Below, piece after piece: positions 28,101 to 39,100 of a DNA stretch of 64,000 nucleotides. Positions within the stretch are counted from its first letter, which is position 1. Every line of letters starts with the position of its first letter. This DNA comes from Rhabdothermincola salaria (GTDB lineage Bacteria; Actinomycetota; Acidimicrobiia; Acidimicrobiales; Acidimicrobilacustridaceae), in contig NZ_JAJQXW010000004.1 of the NCBI RefSeq assembly GCF_021246445.1, positions 62,001-126,000 of the forward strand. Direction: 5' to 3'. Position numbers and translations under genes: made by a program. The notes under the pieces were generated by a model. That model searched no databases, had not been told where the DNA came from, and worked only from the letters and a program-made list of their open reading frames with translations.

Positions 28101-29896
28101 TCGAGGATCTGGCGGGCCTCAGTGACGCCGGCCGACCCGCCGGGGACGCGGGCGTGGTCGTCGGTGCCGAGCAGCTCGGCCAGGGCGTGGCGCACCACGC
28201 ACGAGGTGAGAACCTCGGGCGTGTAGTAGCTGGCCGAGCGTTGCCGGTCGCGGCCGGCCAGGCGGTAGACATAGCTGCCGCCGGGGTGACGCACCCGTTC
28301 GGTGCGTCCGCTCAGTGGGTCGGTCTCGCGGACGAACACCTCGTCGGGGAAATCGTCGGCGTCGCTGACCGGCACCATCCAGGTTCCGCCGGAAGGGTCG
28401 CCGCCCTTGGCCACCTCGTAAAGGTCCTGGTCGCGCTGGGCGAAGAAGCCCGTGTAGGCCATGAGCCCCTCGTACACCGCGCCGAGCTGGTTGATACCGA
28501 GCTGGGCGTAGGAGATGAAGCCGCGTTGGTCGGTCTTCTTCTTGCCCTCCCGGTTGAGCATGAGCAGAGCCAGGACCCGCTGGAGGGCCTCGTTGCGCAG
28601 CGGCACCGAGTCGAGCAGCGGCGTGGAGCCGGGGTCGAAGATGGTGGCGTCGAGGCCGGGGAACTGCAAGTAGTCCTCGGCCGAGCGGGTGGCGCCCGGG
28701 GCTTCGGGCTCGAACACCAGCATCTGCTCAGCGACCTCGGCGTGGTAGCCGTCGTTCACCAGTCCGAACAGCACCCGCAGCGATTCGTCGAGGTGGGTGC
28801 CGGTGCGGGCGTGTTCGTCGTCAAGCTCCACCAAGACCAGCTCGCGCAGCCGGTCGAGGCTGTAGCCGGCCAGGTAGGCGTCGTCGTTGGTGGGCAGCAC
28901 ACCCAGCTCGGGCCGCGATTCGGCGTAGAGCAGCACGATCAGGCGGTAGAGGTAGCGCAGACACTGGCGGGTGAGGGCGGAGGGATCGACCTTGTTCTCG
29001 CCCGAGTAAACGGCGAGATTCTTGGCCAGCCGCTGGGCGATGACCTCGTTGGCCAGCACCTCGACCGAGCGGCGCATGCCCTCGCGCAGTTCCTTGGACA
29101 CGCCGACGGCGTGGCGGTTCTGCTTGTCGTCGACCTCGTCGAAGAATGACGTGGAGCCATCCTCCTCGCCGGCGAGATGATCGGGCACGAGAGCATCTGC
29201 GGAGAAGAGGGCGGCGATGGTCTCGAGCTCGCCCTTGGCCTTGGTATCGGATCGCTCCAATGCGGCGTCGAACTGGACTGCGAGGAAGCGACCTTCGGCC
29301 CACTTCGACCGCTCGGCCAGCAGCAGCGACGAACCGCCGCACAGGAGCACGAACCGAGGCGGGTCGTCGACCGAGAACAACTCGCCGGGCACGTCGGCCA
29401 CCGACGTGACCTTCACCTTGTCGCCGTCACGGCGCAGCGGCTCGAGGAGACAGCCAGGGGGCCGCCCCTCCTCGCGGGCGTCCGTGTCGAACAGCTCGTC
29501 GACTTCCGATGCGGCACCGGCGTCGACGGCCACCAACAGCGGCCCGGTGGCGGTGTCGACGCGGGCGGCGATAGGCACGACGAGTTCGTCAGTGCCAGTG
29601 TTGCGTTCAAAGGTGGCGTCGGCGCGCTCAGGGGAGAACCCGAGAGCGGTGAGCACGACATCGTTGAGCGTGCGCACGGCATTGGGGTACGCAGCCGTGC
29701 TGGCCTCGGTCACCGCCGCTCGGGCGTCGAAGAACGCCCGGTGTAACGACCGCAAGCCGGTCCGAGCGGTGGGGCGGCCGCGCCCCTCTGCTACGTCCCA
29801 CCCCTTCCTTAGGTCCTCGAGGTCGCTGGCCAAGCGCGCATCGAGGTAGTGGTCGGAGAAGAATTCGGCCCGGTTGACGATGCTGTCGAAACTCAT
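25112..29896 (-). CDS. Large Eco57I/type IIG-like N6-adenine DNA methyltransferase (DrmMI-like; 1594 aa)
   Basis: LGAVYEGLM, SYYTP, SAM-binding ICEPALGSGAFL, YGVDLN, catalytic VGNPPW; ATGA overlaps on both sides. Confidence 0.9.
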   Translation of the reverse strand: MSFDSIVNRAEFFSDHYLDARLASDLEDLRKGWDVAEGRGRPTARTGLRSLHRAFFDARAAVTEASTAAYPNAVRTLNDVVLTALGFSPERADATFERNTGTDELVVPIAARVDTATGPLLVAVDAGAASEVDELFDTDAREEGRPPGCLLEPLRRDGDKVKVTSVADVPGELFSVDDPPRFVLLCGGSSLLLAERSKWAEGRFLAVQFDAALERSDTKAKGELETIAALFSADALVPDHLAGEEDGSTSFFDEVDDKQNRHAVGVSKELREGMRRSVEVLANEVIAQRLAKNLAVYSGENKVDPSALTRQCLRYLYRLIVLLYAESRPELGVLPTNDDAYLAGYSLDRLRELVLVELDDEHARTGTHLDESLRVLFGLVNDGYHAEVAEQMLVFEPEAPGATRSAEDYLQFPGLDATIFDPGSTPLLDSVPLRNEALQRVLALLMLNREGKKKTDQRGFISYAQLGINQLGAVYEGLMAYTGFFAQRDQDLYEVAKGGDPSGGTWMVPVSDADDFPDEVFVRETDPLSGRTERVRHPGGSYVYRLAGRDRQRSASYYTPEVLTSCVVRHALAELLGTDDHARVPGGSAGVTEARQILDLTICEPALGSGAFLNEAINQLSAEYLKRRQAELGETLDAERYQRELQKVKAHFALHQSYGVDLNTTAVELAEVSLWLNCMYPGLKAPWFGLRLRRGNSLVGCRRATWNAGRLKDKLWAKDKAAEAVPPTDRPLSETLEPDEIHHFLLPGHGWGAVAGRKEAKELAPDQAKALAEWRKTILKAPSAKDADRLTALAAGVERLWEEATDLLDRLNQRMRRPLGLYGTDGDGGAPADDRRAAEKILNNPESALGRLRLVMDAWVGLWFWTLDGEVKLPTWNEWLTTLERIIGPKPTEPTGQLDLFADLEAIQAAEKLRAAGRESLLAALDELSWLRRSTDLARKEGAWHWELEYAPLFRAGGFSLQVGNPPWVRPRWLDDTVLAEWEPWWGIVEKAPERERKARRRAGLETLERKSTYLAEVASHEGLVQSIGSIQLRPVLAGVQTNLYMVFMDTVWRHAGALGAIGLAQPIRHLVDPKAGQLRELAYRRFCRHFLFLNALLLFEEVDFWVEYAVAIYGPAGEVSFQQIAGLVHPIQVDGSFDHDGSGPAPGVQLPAGGWDLRVHRSRIVRIDIEVLSDWAQLFDEPGTAPSQARLMRPVSSQDLGALSALASQPVRLNDHGYFWSAGWHEKGAKEDGSILWDTEVPGTWDDVILQGPHFTVATPFAKQPNEGCRHNQDYEEWDLVGLLADVVPRTNYQRRTDRDTFLSRYTHWDGRPSSSYVRMIYRSMTQPGLERSLHPALIMPGPTHVNACHTIAMQDASRTVLLAGLWSSIPYDYLVKQVGKSNIQDTTVTRSVFPLYTPFAEPILIRTARLNCLTSTYAPLWEDLHSPTWLNDRWTDPLLRRVLLGVGQTAWTMDTPLRGDFERRLALVEIDALAALMLGLTAEQLCAMYRTQFAVLRKYEYAMAFDSEGRKICAHHQSAGYRQAQLQQEAKDKRRGPEWKSVWKMFEQWEEDPDSVDWEGQYTPPFTRPDREAEMTRAYVEFQRRLDAGEYG

Positions 29897-32739
29897 ACCC
29901 GTACGTCCTTCGGCACCAACACTGCGAGGACCCGCACCAACGGTGAGCCGGTGGTGCGCAGTGACTCGATGAGCCGGGCGGTCGAGGCCTCGACGTCGTC
30001 GATCTGGCGCTGCTTCTCGGTTCGGCGGCGCTCGATCTCGAGCTCGAGGGCGAGCTGGTGGGAGCGACCCACCCAGGCCTCGAGTCGATCGCGAGGGCCG
30101 GTGAGCAGCTCGTCCACCCGATCGTCGTGCTCAGACCGGCGGCGATCCAGCTCGGCGCGGGCGGCCTCGACCACACCGGGGAGGGCATGCTGAAGGAGCA
30201 GCGGGTCGGAGGCCAGGCCAGGGTTGGCCATACGGGGGCCGACGCCGGCCGCATCGAGCACGTCAAACAGGTCGTCGATTCGATGGTCGCCACCGGTGCC
30301 GAGGCCGATCGCCAGCCAGTCCACGAGCTGGGGTCGCCCCCGGCCGTTCGACCACACGCCCTGGACGCAGAACGTCGGGGTGCCGACGTCGGCGGCGATG
30401 ATCGGCGCCTGATTGCGACCGATGCCGACCAGCACCTTGTCGACGAGCCAGTCGACTAGCGGGTGCAGCGGCGAGAGGAACCCGACCTCGGGCCACTGCG
30501 AGTCCTCGGACTGCCGGGCGCGGTCGAGCTGGGTGTTGGCGGTGTGGTGGTCGGCGGTGACCTTCAGGCGGTCGACGACCTTCTGCTCGGAGAGGTAGGT
30601 CTGAGGCAACGCCGAGAGGCGGCGGACGAGGTCCTTCGGTGGGGTGAGGGAGAGGAACGAGGGGTCGGTGCTATCGCCCCGCAGCTCGAGGGTGCCGGGG
30701 TCGGCGAAGGCCGATGCCATGGCCTCGGTGACGAACTCGTGGTCGGAGGCGAAGAGCGACGGTGGGTTGCGTTCCGCCACTGGATCAAGGCCGGTGCCGC
30801 CACTCATAAGGGTGAGCAGGTCGAACGGCTTCTCTGGCTTGATGGGGATCACGTCGTCTGCGTCGACGCCATCCTTGAGCGCCTGCATGATCGCCTCTTC
30901 CTCGGCATCGGGGGCGTGAAGGCCGAGCAGCGACCCGGACTCGCCGAAGGCCCGGTGGGCCTCGTCCTCGCGATGGAGAAGGCGAGAGAGGACCCGGACG
31001 TCGCCGACGAGGCGGGGGTGGTCGGGGGTGACCACGAGGGCTCGAATGTCGGGCGGATGCTCCTGGCCATAGCGGTCGATGCGGCCGTTGCGCTGCTCGA
31101 TGGTGATGAGCGACCACGGCAGGTCGAAGTGGATGAGGTGGTGGCACTGGCGGTGGAGGTTCACGCCCTCCGAAGCCATATCGCCGGTGAGCAGCATGCG
31201 GACCTTGGAGTCGCCGAGTCCGAACTCCTCGATGACGTCCATCTGCTTCACGTCGGCGAGCCCGCCGTGCAGGACTCGGACGTGCTTGTCCGCGTCGAGG
31301 CCGAGCAGCTCCGGGAGCATGGCGTGGAGCCAGTCGAGGGTGGCGATGCGTTCGGAGAAGATGACCACGCGGATGTCTGAGCGGGGACCGATGTCGATCG
31401 CCTTCAGTTGCTCGACGAGCGACTGAAGCTTTGCCGCCCCGGTGTCGTCGACCGCTTCGGCCAGCTCGCCCAGGCGGGTCAGGGCGTCGTCCTCGGCCTT
31501 CCTCGCCGGGTCCTTCAGCTCCCCGTTGCTGTTGTGCAGGTTGCGGCGCCGGTTGCGGATGGTCTCGGCCAGTGCCTTGTGCGACGACAGGGCGGCCTTG
31601 AAGAGCGTCCAGGGAAAGAGGCTCGAGCCCTTGCCCGTGACCGGCGCCGGGCCGTCGGGATGGATCCAGGTGTCGGACAGCTCGGCGAACATGGCTGACT
31701 CGGCCCGGTCGGGCGTAACCGGGATGGGGCGGGGCGGGAGGCGGTCGGCCCACTGGTGGCCGACCTCGGCCGAAACCTCCTCGTGAGCCTTGTGGCGGCG
31801 GATGTAGAGGTGCTCGATGTCACCGGGCTGGATGTTCTTGGGATCCACGATCGCGGTGGGGTCGAGAAGACGGATGAGCTCGGCGAAGCTCTCGGGGTCG
31901 CCGTTGTGGGGTGTGGCCGACGTGAGGATGAGCGCCTCGGTGCGAGGAGCGAGCACCCGGGCGAGCTGGTTGTTGAGGGTGCCCCGGTTCACGAGGTTGT
32001 GGCACTCGTCGATCACGACGGCGTCCCAGTGGATGCCCTCGAGGTGGTGGCGGTAGCGGCCGGCGTTCTTGAGAGTGTCGATCGAGATGATCGCCCGGCG
32101 GTAGTGAGCGAATGGGTTCCGGTTGGCGGGGATCTTGCGTCGCACCCGCTGGATGCCCTCGGAGTCGAGGCGCACGAGCGGGATGGCGAAGCGGGTCCAC
32201 AGCTCGTGCTGGAACTGCTCGAGAATGTGGCGCGGCGTGACCACCAGGATGCGCTCGCCCCTCCCCCGCCGGATGAGCTCGGACAACAGCAGCCCGACCT
32301 CGAGCGTCTTGCCCAGACCAACGGCGTCGGCGATGAGCACCCTGGGTTGCAGGTTGTCGAGCGCCTTGTGGACCGCTCGCCGTTGGTACTCGAGGCGGTC
32401 AAGGAGCTGGCGGCTGGCGACGGCCAGTTCGGTGTCGCTCGACGGCACCGGGGTCTTGCGCAGGATGGCCTCGAGATAGAGACGACTGCGCCGGAAGTTG
32501 GGGGAATCGTCGTCGACCAGACGCGTCTCTTCAGGGCGCAGCGGCTCAACGCTGTCGAGCTTGGTGAAGAACGTCGCCTCGGCGTCGCGCACGAACGACG
32601 ACGTCCCGATGCACCGGACCATGAGCCCATCCGACGGGGTGTGTTGCACGGCGCGGACCAGCCACTCCTCATCACGTACCAGCACCTGAGCGCCACTGGC
32701 GATGTGCGGCAAGAGGTCGTCAGCGGTCCGGGTGGGCAT
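29893..32739 (-). CDS. SNF2-family helicase (DrmD-like; 948 aa)
   Basis: LIADAVGLGKT, DECHN, LTSATPHNG, SEGVNL, FDLPWS, EQRNGRIDRYGQ. Confidence 0.9.
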   Translation of the reverse strand: MPTRTADDLLPHIASGAQVLVRDEEWLVRAVQHTPSDGLMVRCIGTSSFVRDAEATFFTKLDSVEPLRPEETRLVDDDSPNFRRSRLYLEAILRKTPVPSSDTELAVASRQLLDRLEYQRRAVHKALDNLQPRVLIADAVGLGKTLEVGLLLSELIRRGRGERILVVTPRHILEQFQHELWTRFAIPLVRLDSEGIQRVRRKIPANRNPFAHYRRAIISIDTLKNAGRYRHHLEGIHWDAVVIDECHNLVNRGTLNNQLARVLAPRTEALILTSATPHNGDPESFAELIRLLDPTAIVDPKNIQPGDIEHLYIRRHKAHEEVSAEVGHQWADRLPPRPIPVTPDRAESAMFAELSDTWIHPDGPAPVTGKGSSLFPWTLFKAALSSHKALAETIRNRRRNLHNSNGELKDPARKAEDDALTRLGELAEAVDDTGAAKLQSLVEQLKAIDIGPRSDIRVVIFSERIATLDWLHAMLPELLGLDADKHVRVLHGGLADVKQMDVIEEFGLGDSKVRMLLTGDMASEGVNLHRQCHHLIHFDLPWSLITIEQRNGRIDRYGQEHPPDIRALVVTPDHPRLVGDVRVLSRLLHREDEAHRAFGESGSLLGLHAPDAEEEAIMQALKDGVDADDVIPIKPEKPFDLLTLMSGGTGLDPVAERNPPSLFASDHEFVTEAMASAFADPGTLELRGDSTDPSFLSLTPPKDLVRRLSALPQTYLSEQKVVDRLKVTADHHTANTQLDRARQSEDSQWPEVGFLSPLHPLVDWLVDKVLVGIGRNQAPIIAADVGTPTFCVQGVWSNGRGRPQLVDWLAIGLGTGGDHRIDDLFDVLDAAGVGPRMANPGLASDPLLLQHALPGVVEAARAELDRRRSEHDDRVDELLTGPRDRLEAWVGRSHQLALELEIERRRTEKQRQIDDVEASTARLIESLRTTGSPLVRVLAVLVPKDVRV

Positions 32740-33135
32740 GGCTCAGACCACCACCTGAGCGTTGACAGCGGTCCAGATCTGTCGATCTGACGCGCCGGTC
32801 CTCCGAATGACCGGCGGCTCATCGACGAAGCCATCGACCCCGAGGACGTCAGACTCGCTTGCCGCCATTCCCGTCACTTCGCCAAGGTCTCCTTCGCAAC
32901 TCCGTGCACCGTAGGCCAAGAACCGCAAACGAGCCTGAGACTCTCGCGCCTGTCTGACACCAGGACGTCACCGAGACCCGTTCGTGATATGGCCGAGCGG
33001 CTCGAGGTCCCCCGGCGCCGAGCCCGCTGAACCCCTCTTGGTACGTTAGGCACGCCCGTCGACGGTCCGGAAAGACGCCGTCAAGAGGCGAGGCACCGGC
33101 GAGTCCAGATCGGGCAGCCGACTGAGGGGCGGGGC

Positions 33136-36100
33136 GTGGATCACAGCGGACAGTTCGATGGGCAGCCGGCCGAGAGTTCTGGGACTGAACCGGCTGTGGC
33201 GCCAGGCCGCTCCGGGGTGAACCTCGATGCCCACCCCGGAGAACCAGAGCTTTCCGTCTCGGGAGAGGCCACGAACACACCGGCCTTCTCGGTGGACGTC
33301 GAGGGCCCCGACAAGATCTTCTACGCACTCGCGCACAACCGTGTGCCGGTCATTCGAAAGCTGGGGGTGCGCAACGACCACGCCGACGCCTCCGGCACCG
33401 TGGCGATCAAGATCACCAGCTCGTGGTCCCGGTCCGCCGAGCCGCCGGTCCTGCCCTTCCAGGTCACGATGCAGTGCCCGGGGCGTGGCGACGTCGGGAT
33501 CCTCGAAGGGCTCGACATCCGGATGAACGACGCCCAGATGACGCTCATCGAAGAAGCGTGTCCCGCCACCCTCCGGCTCGAGATCCAACCGGAGCACGGG
33601 CCAAGCCAGATGATCGAGCGGCACCTCGAGATCCTCGCTCGCGACGAGTGGGCCTTCGATCCGGAGTTCCCCAGCGCGATCGCCGCGTTCGTGCAGCCGA
33701 ACCACCCCACGACGAACGACGTGCTGAAGGCGGCATCGGCATTGCTGCAGCGCAACACCGGGGACGGCTCGCTCCAGGGTTACCAGGGCGGCCCGGAGCG
33801 GGCGGTAGCCATCGGCGAGGCCATCTACCTCGCCATCCAAGACTTCATCGACACCTACATCAACCCACCCGCATCATTCGAGGAGAACGGACAAAAGGTC
33901 CGGGCCCTGGATCGGGTGCTGGAAGAGCGCAACGGCACATGCATCGACCTGGCCTGCGCGTATGCCGCGTGCCTCGAACAAGCCGGTCTCCATCCGCTGA
34001 TCTGGTTGGTGGACGGCCATGCGTTCGCAGGCTTCTTCGACACGGAGAGCAGCCTTCCCCAGGCGTCGCTCACAGATCCGACCACGATGCTCAACATCAT
34101 CGAGGGTGGCGGGATCACCGCAGTGGAGACCACCTGCATCCCGAACAAGCAGCCGTTCGCTGAGGCAACGAAGGCCCCTTTGGGCCACTTCACCGAGCTC
34201 CGCCTCCGGGCGATGGTAGACGTCCACGCCGCTCATCGGGCCGGGATCCGGCCCCTCCCCGCCCGGGTCCGAACCGGCGACGTGATCACCGTCGTCATCG
34301 ACCCGGGCCCGGGTACCGCGCCGGTCATCGAGCGACGCGATGCCGCGACCAACAGGATCCTTCCGCAGACCGTGCCGGCACGCATCGAGAGCTGGAAGAG
34401 CGCGCTGCTCGACCTCTCCATGCGCAACCCCCTGCTCAACTTCCGGCCGTCACGCGGCGGACTCGAGCTCCTGCCACCCCGCGGCAAGCTCCCGCAGATC
34501 GAGGACCACCTCCACAGCGGAGAGGGCTTCATGGTCCATCCTGCTGACCAGGTCGGCGAGCTCGCACGGGCCCGCGGCGTTCGAGAGGCAACGGCCGAGG
34601 CTGACGAGCTCCTCCAAGAAGCCTGGGACGCCCTCGGGGCGGTGCTCTCGACGACCCGAACCAAGGAGTTCGCCACCCGTCTACGGAGCCTGATCAGCAA
34701 GGCGCGTCTCCAAGAGCAGGAGACCGGCGCCAACAACCTCTACCTGACCCTCGGTTCTCTCACCTGGGAAGATCCCCGCTCGTCCGCCGGGCCGGTGCAG
34801 TCTCCGATCTTCTTGGTTCCCGTTCGGCTCGATCGGGCACGAGGCTCGGACATACCCGTCGTTCGGCTGGACGAAGGGGGCATCTCGACGCCCAACTACT
34901 GCCTGATCGAAGCACTACGCGCCCGCCACAACCTCACCGTCCCGTTCTTCTCCGAGGACATGGCCGACGACTCGGGGCTCGACATCGAGCGCGGCATGTC
35001 CAGCCTGCGAAAGGCCATCACCGACCGCGGCTTGCCGTTCCTCGTCAATGACTCCTCGGCGCTGGCCGTACTGCAGTTCAGCAAGTTCCGCCTCTGGAAG
35101 GATCTCGACGACCACTGGGCCGAGCTCATGGCCTCGCCAGTGGTCAAGCACTTCGTCGAAAACCCGAAGACGCCCTACGTCGACCCGGCCAACCCCGCCA
35201 AGGACGCCGTCGTGCTCGATGAGACCGAGGTGTTCACACCGGTCCCCGCCGACGGCGCCCAACTGCGAGCGATCACGCGTGCCGTCAACGGCGAATCCTT
35301 CGTACTGGAGGGGCCCCCGGGCACCGGCAAGTCGCAGACCATCACCAACCTCCTGGCCAACGCCCTGGCCAAGGGGCGCACGGTGCTGTTCGTGGCCGAG
35401 AAGCAGGCTGCTCTGAGCGTCGTCAAGGAACGACTCCACAGCGTGGGACTCGATCCCTACTGTCTCGACCTCCACGACAAGGGCTCCGACCCGGCGAGCA
35501 TCCGCCGCCAGCTCCTGCATGCCCTCGACCACCATCCCGGTCACGATGCGGCTGCATGGGAACGAACCGAGCGGGATTTCGCGGCTGGAGCGTCGATGCT
35601 GCGCACCTACCGCGACCGCCTGCACAGCCCCAACACCAACGGCGTCTCCTACTGGGCCGCGCACGTACGGCTTGGCGAGCTGGGACCGGGACAGCAGGCA
35701 CCCGTCCCTCGTCGCTTCCTCGAGGTGGACGCTGCGACCGTCACCGCCATTCGCGAGGTCCTCGCCAGTCTGCCAGCCGTGTCGGGCCCCGCCCAGCCCC
35801 GACCGGCCCACCCTTGGCATCTCGCCGACGCCACCTCCTTCGAACAGATCGACCGACCGGCTCTGACCACGGCGATCAACAATGTTCGAGCGGCTCTCGA
35901 CGCACTACCCACCGTTCCGTTGAGCCTGCCGATCGCCGGAGAGGCCACCACCCTCGACGAGCTCTTGGCCACGCAGCAACTGCTGTGGCTCCACACGGTC
36001 GGTGCGCTGCCCCCCACGACGATGTGGGAACGCGTCAGCGCAGCAGGATGGCGAGATCGGGCCAACGCCCTCGTCGAGCAGGCTCGCGCCGCCGTCGCGT

Positions 36101-39100
36101 CGCACGGTGAAGTCGTCGGACAGGTAGGTGTCGATCTCCTGGACGTCGACTTCGGGCCGACACTCGCGGCACTCGAAGCGGCGAAGTCCTCCTTCGCGCT
36201 GGGTCGCAAGGGTCGGATCCGAGGCGCCCTGGGTGACCTCGCGACCCGCCCGCCCTTCACCGGAATGGAGCCTCCTGCCGCAGCGGAGCTCGTAGCCCGG
36301 TTCGCGGCGGCCGCTACCGCCTTGAGGAGCTGGACCGACGCGATTCGCTCGGTCGACGGCCTCGAGCTTCCCGCGGACTGGCGGGTCGAGGCGCCCGGCG
36401 CACTCGACACCGCAGCCACCTACATCGACGTGTTGGACGGCGCGGCCAGACTGCTCTCCGGAACCGGCGACTGCGCCGTCGCAGCCCGACGATTCGTGGA
36501 CGCACCACCCATGCTCCCGCCGGGCATCCTCACCCATCTAGGCGCCTTCGACTCCGCGCTGCGCGACGTACAACAGAGGCTCGGCGCCACAGAGCACAGC
36601 ATCGACCGTTGGCGAAATGGTGAGGGGCTCCTCGACGCGGCCCGCCGCAGTGTCGACGACTGGGCCGCCGACGCCGAGGAGAACCGGTTCATCCGGCTGC
36701 AGCGTTGGCTCGTCCTGAGCAAGGAACTCGAGCCGTTGACCGACGCCGGCCTCAACGAGTTCGTCGAGGTGCTGCTGACCGGATCCGTGAACGGGATCGA
36801 TGCCGCGGACGTCTTCGAGCGTGGCTTCATGGCGACCACGCTCCTCGACTGCGCCGAGCGCTCGAACCTCGACGTCTTCGATCGCTACGAGCACGACCGG
36901 AGCATCGGCCGCTTCACCGCGTTGCTGGAGGAGCGTCAGGAACGACTTCGTACGGTGATCCCCTCGCTGTTGGCTGATGGCCGCCGGTTCAACGCGCAAG
37001 CGGGAGTCGGCGAAGTCGCCAGTCTGCGCAACGAGCTGCAGCGCAAGTCCAGCCGGGGCGGCCGTTCGGTGCGACAGCTGCTCTCCCACTACCCGGAGCT
37101 GATCCAGCAGCTCTCCCCTTGCTTCTTGATGAGCCCCGACTCGGTCGCCAAGTTCCTGACGCCTGGGAAGATCACCTTCGACATCGCCGTCTTCGACGAG
37201 GCCTCACAGATTCGGGTTGCTGAAGCCGTCGGCGCCATGGGACGCGCCCGATCCGTGGTCGTGGTGGGTGACTCCCGTCAGATGCCGCCGACCACGTTCG
37301 GAGCGGCCGGCTCAGCCGAACCCGACGACCTCTACGGCACCACGGACATCGACCCCTTGGTCCCGGAGGAAGCCGACAGCATCCTCGAGGAAGCGATCGA
37401 CTCCGGACTCGACCAGGAGTGGCTGTCATGGCACTACCGGAGCCAGGACGAAGCGCTCATCAAGTTCAGCAACGACCGCTATTACGAAAGCAAGCTCGCA
37501 TCGTTCCCTACGCCGGCGCCGAATCGAGGCGGCCGGGGTCTCGACTACCGGCGAGTGGCCGGCCAGTTCGACCATGGCGGGAAGCGCAACAACCCGGTCG
37601 AGGCGAAGGCCATCGTCGAAGAGATCCGCCGACGCGCCCACGATCCGGTCGAGTCCACGTGGTCCATCGGCGTGGTCACCCTCAACCGGGAACAACAGCT
37701 GGAGATCGAGACGCAGCTCGATGCCTTGGGCGACCCCAGGGTGAACCAGCTACGCGAGACGGGCGAGGACGAAGAGCGGCTCTTCGTCCTCAACTTGGAG
37801 AACGTCCAAGGGCGCGAGCGTGACGTCATCCTCTTCTCCACGGCGTTCTCCCGCCGGGCCGACGGCACCGCCATGCCACTCAACTTCGGGCCGCTCAACC
37901 GGGTCGGTGGGGAGCGTCGCCTGAACGTGGCCGTCACACGAGCACGGCGACAGGTGGTCGTGTTCTCCTCATTCGACCCGGAGGACATCGACGAGAACCG
38001 CACCACATCGGTCGGTTTGCGACACCTGCGGGAGTACCTGCAACTGGCGCGTGATTTCTCCGGCCAAGGCCATGCCGCGACGGACGTCGACACCGAGCCG
38101 ACGGACCGACACCGCCGAGAGATCACCGAGGCCCTGCGCGAGCGAGGGCTGCGCGTCACCGCCGATCTGGGTCTGTCGAGCTTCAAAGTCGACCTTGCGC
38201 TCTCCTTGCCCGAGGTCGGCGACAAGTGGCTCGTCGGGGTGCTTCTCGACGGCCCGGACTGGGCAGACCGTCCCACGGTCATCGACCGCGATGCTCTCCC
38301 CGTCTCCGTGTTGGGCGGCATGCTCGGCTGGCCGAGGATCGCTCGTGTGTGGCTGCCTTCGTGGCGCTCGGAGCCCGACCAGGTCATCGCGGATCTGGTC
38401 GAAGCCACCCGGACCGCGATGCACACACCGGAGCCTGACCATGCCGCACTGGCGCCTGAAACGACGAACGCCACGACAACGGGCTTCTCCGCAGAGGAAC
38501 CGGGGGTGCCATCCGAGCCGGTGGTCGTGACAGCACCCCCGCCTGATCGGACGGAGAGCGTGCAGTCAGCGGCGGCGCCAGTGCCCGGGGCGCCCGACGA
38601 CCCGGGGGCCTACGACGACGAGGAGCTCTTCGAACCCTGGCCCCTCGAGCCGATCCTCGGAAGCCCCGAGGACCTCGACCTCCAGACGCCGGCAGTCCGT
38701 GCTGCGGCCATGGATGCGATCTCGTTCGAGGGCCCCATCGAGGTCGAGCGTCTGCTGAAGTCTGTCGCCAATCGATTCGGGCTGGCGCGGGTCAGGGCCT
38801 CACGGCTGGCGGCGCTCCGCAGCGCCATCCCTCCGGAGCTCATCGAGACGTCCTCCTTCGGTGAGTGGGCCTGGCCCTCGGCCGACAGGGGCCGGGGGTG
38901 GAAGGCGTTCCGCACCTCGGACTCACTGATCCGTCCCATCGACGAGATCGCCCCTGCCGAGATCCTCAACGCCGCCTCGGCCGTCCTCGCCCACGCCTTC
39001 TCGGCGGAACGCGAGGAGTTGGTCCGAGAGCTCGCCGGGCTGTTCGGCGCCAAGCGGGTGACCGCAAAGATCGCCGAACGGGTCGGATCGATCATCGACT

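Noticed and set aside
16633..32739. Calling the operon canonical DISARM or BREX
   Set aside because: There are no separate drmA/drmB genes, no drmC phospholipase-D nuclease and no pglZ/brxC, so only a DISARM-related label is supported.
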